From Candidatus Limnocylindria bacterium (lineage in GTDB: Bacteria; Eisenbacteria; RBG-16-71-46), in the NCBI GenBank assembly GCA_035632955.1, contig DASQFU010000048.1, forward strand, positions 3,164 to 67,163: a stretch of DNA of 64,000 bases. Reading direction: 5' to 3'. A program made the position numbers and the translations under genes. The first letter of the stretch is position 1. Every line of letters begins with the position of its first letter. Shown piece after piece: positions 59,772 through 64,000 of the stretch. Under the pieces are notes generated by a model that made no database searches, was not told the DNA's origin, and saw nothing but the letters and a program-made list of their open reading frames with translations.

Positions 59772-60224
59772 CGAGTCAAGTAATGATGTGGGGGCCGGAG
59801 CACTTCGGCCACAACAAGGATAGCCCGAGCGCTTGCTCGCCGCGAGAAAACTTCTACGCCGCTCGCCGCAAGTCAGGCGGTACGTCGCCGCTCTGGTGAC
59901 AGGAGTCGCAACGCCGTGGACATGCGCCGGCGTGGCTGCGTGCTTTCGATCGAGCGCGGAGAAACGCCATTGTCGTCGATGTCGCACCGGTTTGAGGCGC
60001 GCGCGCGGCACATTCGACGCACATGGCCCGCCGGTTGCCCTACTGAGGCAACGAGGTCGAAAGACCTCGAACCACGACAGGCAAGGGGCGGCGGCCGGGT
60101 TAGCGGAGGTTGATCGCAATCGGGGGCCGATTGGCCGAAGCGAGCTCACCACCGCTGCCTTGTCGGTCGGGGATTCCGTTGTGAGGGTCGAGCCCTGGAA
60201 AACGCCGCCGCACGTCTCGTCGAT

Positions 60225-62285
60225 TTACCAGAGGCGAGCCTGGACTCGAATCGTGCGACCGGCCTGCGGCAATCCAGCCTGATCGAAGACCGGTTGGTCC
60301 GCAAGATTCGCGAGCGCGAGCAACGCCTCGACGCGATGCCATGGGCCGGCGGCGCCGAGGTCGAATGCGCGCGAAAAGCTCACGTCGAAACGCATGGCCG
60401 GTGACAGAGTGGAGAACCCTCCGGTGTCGATGTCGATGAAACGCTGCTCGACCGCACCGTGCACCTCGACGCCGATGCGCGCCCGTCCCGGAAGCGGCGC
60501 CTCCGCCCACACGCGTCCGTAGAACGCGGGCTCATATTCCAGCTCGGTCGCATTGCCCGCGGCGTCGCGCCCGCGCACCCGCTGCCACGTTCCGTCGCCG
60601 CCGATCGCGAGCGCACCCAACGCGACGTCTCCGACGAACTCGGCGCCCTGGGCGGTGGTGCGCCCCAGGTTGACGCGCTGGAATCGGTTCCCCGAAGGAG
60701 TGGACACCGAGACACGCGTGATCGCGTCGTCCAGTGACTGGTGAAACCCGAGAAGCTGCATCTCGCCCCGGCGATGCCGCCACGTGCTCCCGAGCTCGTT
60801 GGCCCATTGGGACTCGGCGCGCAGGTCGGGATTCTCGAGAAAGCGACCCAACGCCCCCGAATAGAGCTCGCGCAGCGCGGGGAACCGGGCGCGCCGGCCG
60901 GTCGAGCCGTGAACCTGCAACCGACCCTCCCGGAACGACGCCGTGGCTCCGGCGCGGGCTGCCCAATCCCACAGCCGATCGAGCGGGGGCTTGTTGGAAG
61001 ACTCGGGGGTGTCCGCGCCGTCCGCCGCCGCACCGAAGCTCAGGCGGACGGGAACGCCGCGCTCGACGCGCCAGCTCGTCTCGGAGGCCAGGCTCCAGAG
61101 GCGCTGCCGGTACTGCGCCTTGGGATCGGCGTCGATGACTTCCTCGTGCGAGACGTCGGCGAACGTGAGCCCGAGGTGCAGATCGCCCTTGGACCCCAGG
61201 CTGTGATCGCCGATGAGCCGTGCCGTCAGCGTGCGATCGTCGGCCAGCTCGCCGCCGACGATGGTTCGATAGTCGAGGCCGTCGTACTCGTCGATTTCGC
61301 TGCGGCTGAAATCCCCTCCCAAACTCGCTTCGAGGTCGCCGCGACCCCAGGGCGTGTCGCGCATGCCCGTTCCCGCCGAGAGCGCCCCCAGTCCCCGTGC
61401 CTGAAACGGGTAGCGCCAGAGCCGCGGCTCGGTCGTATGAGCCTCCGGGGCAACGCCACGCTCGAGGCGATAGCCCGAGCCGGTGAACGACGTCCAGGCT
61501 CCACCGCCGCTCACGCGCCGCACCGAGAAAAATCCGTCGAAGGCCTCGACGTCGGTGTTGAGGCGCAGGTCTCCGTCCGACGTCAGCCGCGCGTAGGCGC
61601 CCGGTTCGGATCGCTCGAGCGCGTGCGGAAGCACGGCGCCGTTCGACCCGCGATAGCCGGCACCGGCGCGCGCGATCCAACGGCCCTCGCCATTGGTGCG
61701 CAGCATGCCGACGCTGAGTGCGGCGCTGTGCGCTCCGGTGTGGTCGACCCCGGCATCGACCACGAGTGGCGGCGGAGCGGCGTCCGCGCGCGAGCCGCGG
61801 GCGATGTCCACTTCGACCGCGCCCGCCAGGGCGTTCGGCCCCAGCAGCAACGAGGACAGTCCGCGATGGAGCGTGACGCTTTGGGCGGCGGTCAGAGGGA
61901 CCACGGAAAGATCAGTGCGGTGATCCCAGGCGAGCGTGATCGGCACGCCGTCGACCAGCACCGCGATCTGGCGGTCCTCGCCGCCGCGGAGCGCCGGTTG
62001 CGCTTCGCCGCGGGAGTTCGCTCGCACGACCACGAGCGGCATCGATCGGAGCACTTGCTCGAGCGTCGGCGCGGGGCGGACCACGGCCGAATCGAGCGCC
62101 AGCGCCACGGAGCTGGCGCCGCCCGCTGTCGTGCGCGGGCGCGCCGCGCGCACGGTGACCGGAGGGACGTCGTAGATCGCGGTGTCCCGCGGCGCCGGCT
62201 GAGAGGGCGGCTGCGCGTGCGCACCGGTCGAAGTCGAGATCAGCAGCAGGGTCGCCAGCGAAAGCTCGAAGCGGAACGAAAGCAT
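60225..62285 (-). CDS. TonB-dependent outer-membrane receptor
   Basis: ATG at 62285. Signal peptide. Plug then 22-strand-barrel-like alternation. C-terminal aromatic ('QARLW'). Confidence 0.85.
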   Translation of the reverse strand: MLSFRFELSLATLLLISTSTGAHAQPPSQPAPRDTAIYDVPPVTVRAARPRTTAGGASSVALALDSAVVRPAPTLEQVLRSMPLVVVRANSRGEAQPALRGGEDRQIAVLVDGVPITLAWDHRTDLSVVPLTAAQSVTLHRGLSSLLLGPNALAGAVEVDIARGSRADAAPPPLVVDAGVDHTGAHSAALSVGMLRTNGEGRWIARAGAGYRGSNGAVLPHALERSEPGAYARLTSDGDLRLNTDVEAFDGFFSVRRVSGGGAWTSFTGSGYRLERGVAPEAHTTEPRLWRYPFQARGLGALSAGTGMRDTPWGRGDLEASLGGDFSRSEIDEYDGLDYRTIVGGELADDRTLTARLIGDHSLGSKGDLHLGLTFADVSHEEVIDADPKAQYRQRLWSLASETSWRVERGVPVRLSFGAAADGADTPESSNKPPLDRLWDWAARAGATASFREGRLQVHGSTGRRARFPALRELYSGALGRFLENPDLRAESQWANELGSTWRHRRGEMQLLGFHQSLDDAITRVSVSTPSGNRFQRVNLGRTTAQGAEFVGDVALGALAIGGDGTWQRVRGRDAAGNATELEYEPAFYGRVWAEAPLPGRARIGVEVHGAVEQRFIDIDTGGFSTLSPAMRFDVSFSRAFDLGAAGPWHRVEALLALANLADQPVFDQAGLPQAGRTIRVQARLW

Positions 62286-62568
62286 GAGTCGTCCTCGAAC
62301 GCTCTTGGGAAAAGTCGCTGGCGCCCGTGCTCCACATCGGACAAGAGCGGCCTGGAGTCTAGCAGCGGGCGGTCGTCGAGCTCGGGAGCCTGACGCGTGC
62401 GACACGCAAAAGAGCTCCATCGCCGGCTTGAGAGCCGGTGGAGTCGCGGCTCACGGATCTCAAGCCCGGCTCGCGAAACGCCGATGAATAGACGAGTTAC
62501 ACCGTGACTTCCGATCTCGCCCGGGCCGGCGTCGCAGGGTTGGTTTTTCACGTTGCCAGGAGGAACCG

Positions 62569-64000
62569 TTGGGGGCCGACAAGTCGAGACCGATTTGGGA
62601 CCGCACCACCGAGGCGTTTCGCGCCGGCGATTGGCAGGAGGCGTTGCGCCAGACGCGCGCGCTCGTGGACGCCGATCCGTTCGCGATCGACGCGCGCCAG
62701 CTCCTGGCGGCGCTCTACCTCAAAGTCGGGAATTTCCGGCTCGCCCTGATCCAATACGAGAAGCTCCTGCCGCTGGCCGTGGGCAAAGGCGATTTGTTCC
62801 GAGCACTCGCGATTCAGAAGCACCTCGATGCGGTCGGCTCCGAAGCGGCGCGGCACGCCAGTCGTTTTACCGCCATGCACAAGTGGTTCCGGTCGCTCGG
62901 ACTTTCCGGCGCCGCGGTCACCGGCTCGGCTCGCGCAAACGGGTTCGGCTCGTTCGATCTGCTGCGACTTCCGCGCGACGTCTTCACGCGCGCGGCCGAG
63001 GGCGCCGAGCTCGAGTTGCTCGACATGCAGCCACGCTCCTTCGCCGTCCGTGCGGGAACGGTGTGGGTCGTCGTCTACGGGCGAGTGACGTGGACTGCCG
63101 AGCTGCCGGGCGGCCGCCGCAGTGCGCCGCAGGTCGCGCACGGCGGCCAGAACATCTACGCAAGTCCCGATCTGGGGAGCGAAGCGCGGATCGAGCTGGT
63201 TCCGGAAGCGCCGAGCGAATGCCTGCGCTTCGAGTCCGAGCTGATCCGCGAGCTGACGCGGTTGCTTCCGGCGCTCGAAAGTTCGCTGTGCGTTCCCGGC
63301 GAAGGCTACACGGTCGAGGAGCGGATCCTGACTCCGACTCGGCCCCTGATGCCCTCCGACCTCGATCATAGGACGCCAGGCCCAGCCGTCGACCCAAAGC
63401 TCCGCGCTCCAGGAATCGACGACGACGGTGCCATCCCCGAGCGGCCGCGCGACTCGGGCGATTGGGTCGAGTTCGGCGTCGTGCAGCTTCCGGCCGATGG
63501 CGTCAATGCGGAGCCCATGGCTGGCGAGACCGGCGAGGCGGGCGAGCGCACGATCGAGCTGCCGCACCCGGGATCGGTTGTGCGCACGCCTCGGGCACAG
63601 CGGCCGGTGGTCGAGCCGCCGGGTCCGGTCGAGCTCGGCGACGGATTGATCGTGCCGCCGACGCGCGATCCATTCGCCGAGCCGCACGGCGACGTTGGAA
63701 CGCCGATCGAGCGCCGGAAGGAACCGCGCATCACCGTGGCACTGGCCACGCGGCTGGCGCTGCTCGGACTCGCCGGCGGGCGGATCGCGCCGCTGCGTGG
63801 CCGGCTCACCGATCTCTCACTTTGGGGAATGGGGATCCGGTTCTCGCCCGAGGACGTGACGCCGGCACACGCCGCGCTCGAGAACGCCGTGATCTCGGTC
63901 GAGCTCGAGCTCGGCCCGACCGAGCCCATGCTGAGACTGGCCGGTCGAGTCGTGCGTCTGGAAGCGGAAGAAGCAGGCGGCCTGAGCCTCGGAGTGGAGC
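62569..64000 (+). CDS. TPR / cNMP-binding-like / PilZ domain protein (3' partial; runs off window)
   Basis: Not in the ORF track (no stop in window). Hand-translated open frame from TTG 62569 (AGGAGG RBS) to the window end. N-terminal TPR-like helices. 'VWVVVYGRVTWT' beta-roll region. C-terminal PilZ motifs 'RKEPRI' (RxxxR) and 'DLSLWGMGI' (DxSxxG). Confidence 0.6.
   Translation, partial: MGADKSRPIWDRTTEAFRAGDWQEALRQTRALVDADPFAIDARQLLAALYLKVGNFRLALIQYEKLLPLAVGKGDLFRALAIQKHLDAVGSEAARHASRFTAMHKWFRSLGLSGAAVTGSARANGFGSFDLLRLPRDVFTRAAEGAELELLDMQPRSFAVRAGTVWVVVYGRVTWTAELPGGRRSAPQVAHGGQNIYASPDLGSEARIELVPEAPSECLRFESELIRELTRLLPALESSLCVPGEGYTVEERILTPTRPLMPSDLDHRTPGPAVDPKLRAPGIDDDGAIPERPRDSGDWVEFGVVQLPADGVNAEPMAGETGEAGERTIELPHPGSVVRTPRAQRPVVEPPGPVELGDGLIVPPTRDPFAEPHGDVGTPIERRKEPRITVALATRLALLGLAGGRIAPLRGRLTDLSLWGMGIRFSPEDVTPAHAALENAVISVELELGPTEPMLRLAGRVVRLEAEEAGGLSLGVE

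Overview
64 kb of a high-GC (~70%) bacterial chromosome, gene-dense on both strands. About 60 CDSs were called; no rRNA, tRNA or CRISPR array was seen by eye. GC-rich antisense 'shadow' ORFs in the six-frame track were discarded, and several ORF-track starts were moved to internal start codons with RBSs or coupled overlaps.

Main content:
- A conserved housekeeping block: rpmH-rnpA-yidD-yidC-jag(khpB)-mnmE-mnmG. It is interrupted by a minus-strand secreted-protein gene plus ~590 nt, then continues rsmG-parA-parB followed directly by a bactofilin gene.
- A candidate polyphosphate/phospho-relay module: Ppx/GppA (+) convergent with a tightly coupled minus-strand operon sixA -> Tmk-like -> Tmk-like (Walker A Lys->Arg) -> CHAD.
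- A queE-queC-queD (preQ0) operon.
- c-di-GMP signalling genes: an HD-GYP protein with an unknown N-domain, a HEAT-repeat protein, and a partial TPR/cNMP-like/PilZ protein at the window end.
- Regulators: a sigma54 activator with an N-terminal GAF domain, a GAF histidine kinase, and an ECF sigma/FecR-like pair.
- Many secreted or outer-membrane proteins: M14 peptidase, a BNR protein with a FlgD-like C-terminal domain, a TonB receptor, an OMP, and a dual retropepsin/PDZ protease.
- A lexA gene translationally coupled to an IS200-like (RAYT-type) HUH transposase gene. Both have an upstream GTGCAC-N4-GTGCAC motif (candidate SOS operator).
- Three secreted proteins share a C-terminal ...[WF]G-x-[IV]-K-x-x-Y-R tail; two are tandem paralogs. 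This is a candidate uncharacterised sorting signal.
- A ~630-nt low-GC (~50%) island with a foreign-looking ORF.
- A perfect 18-bp inverted repeat, an orphan intrinsic terminator (possible sRNA), and an 18-bp perfect palindrome upstream of the ECF sigma gene.
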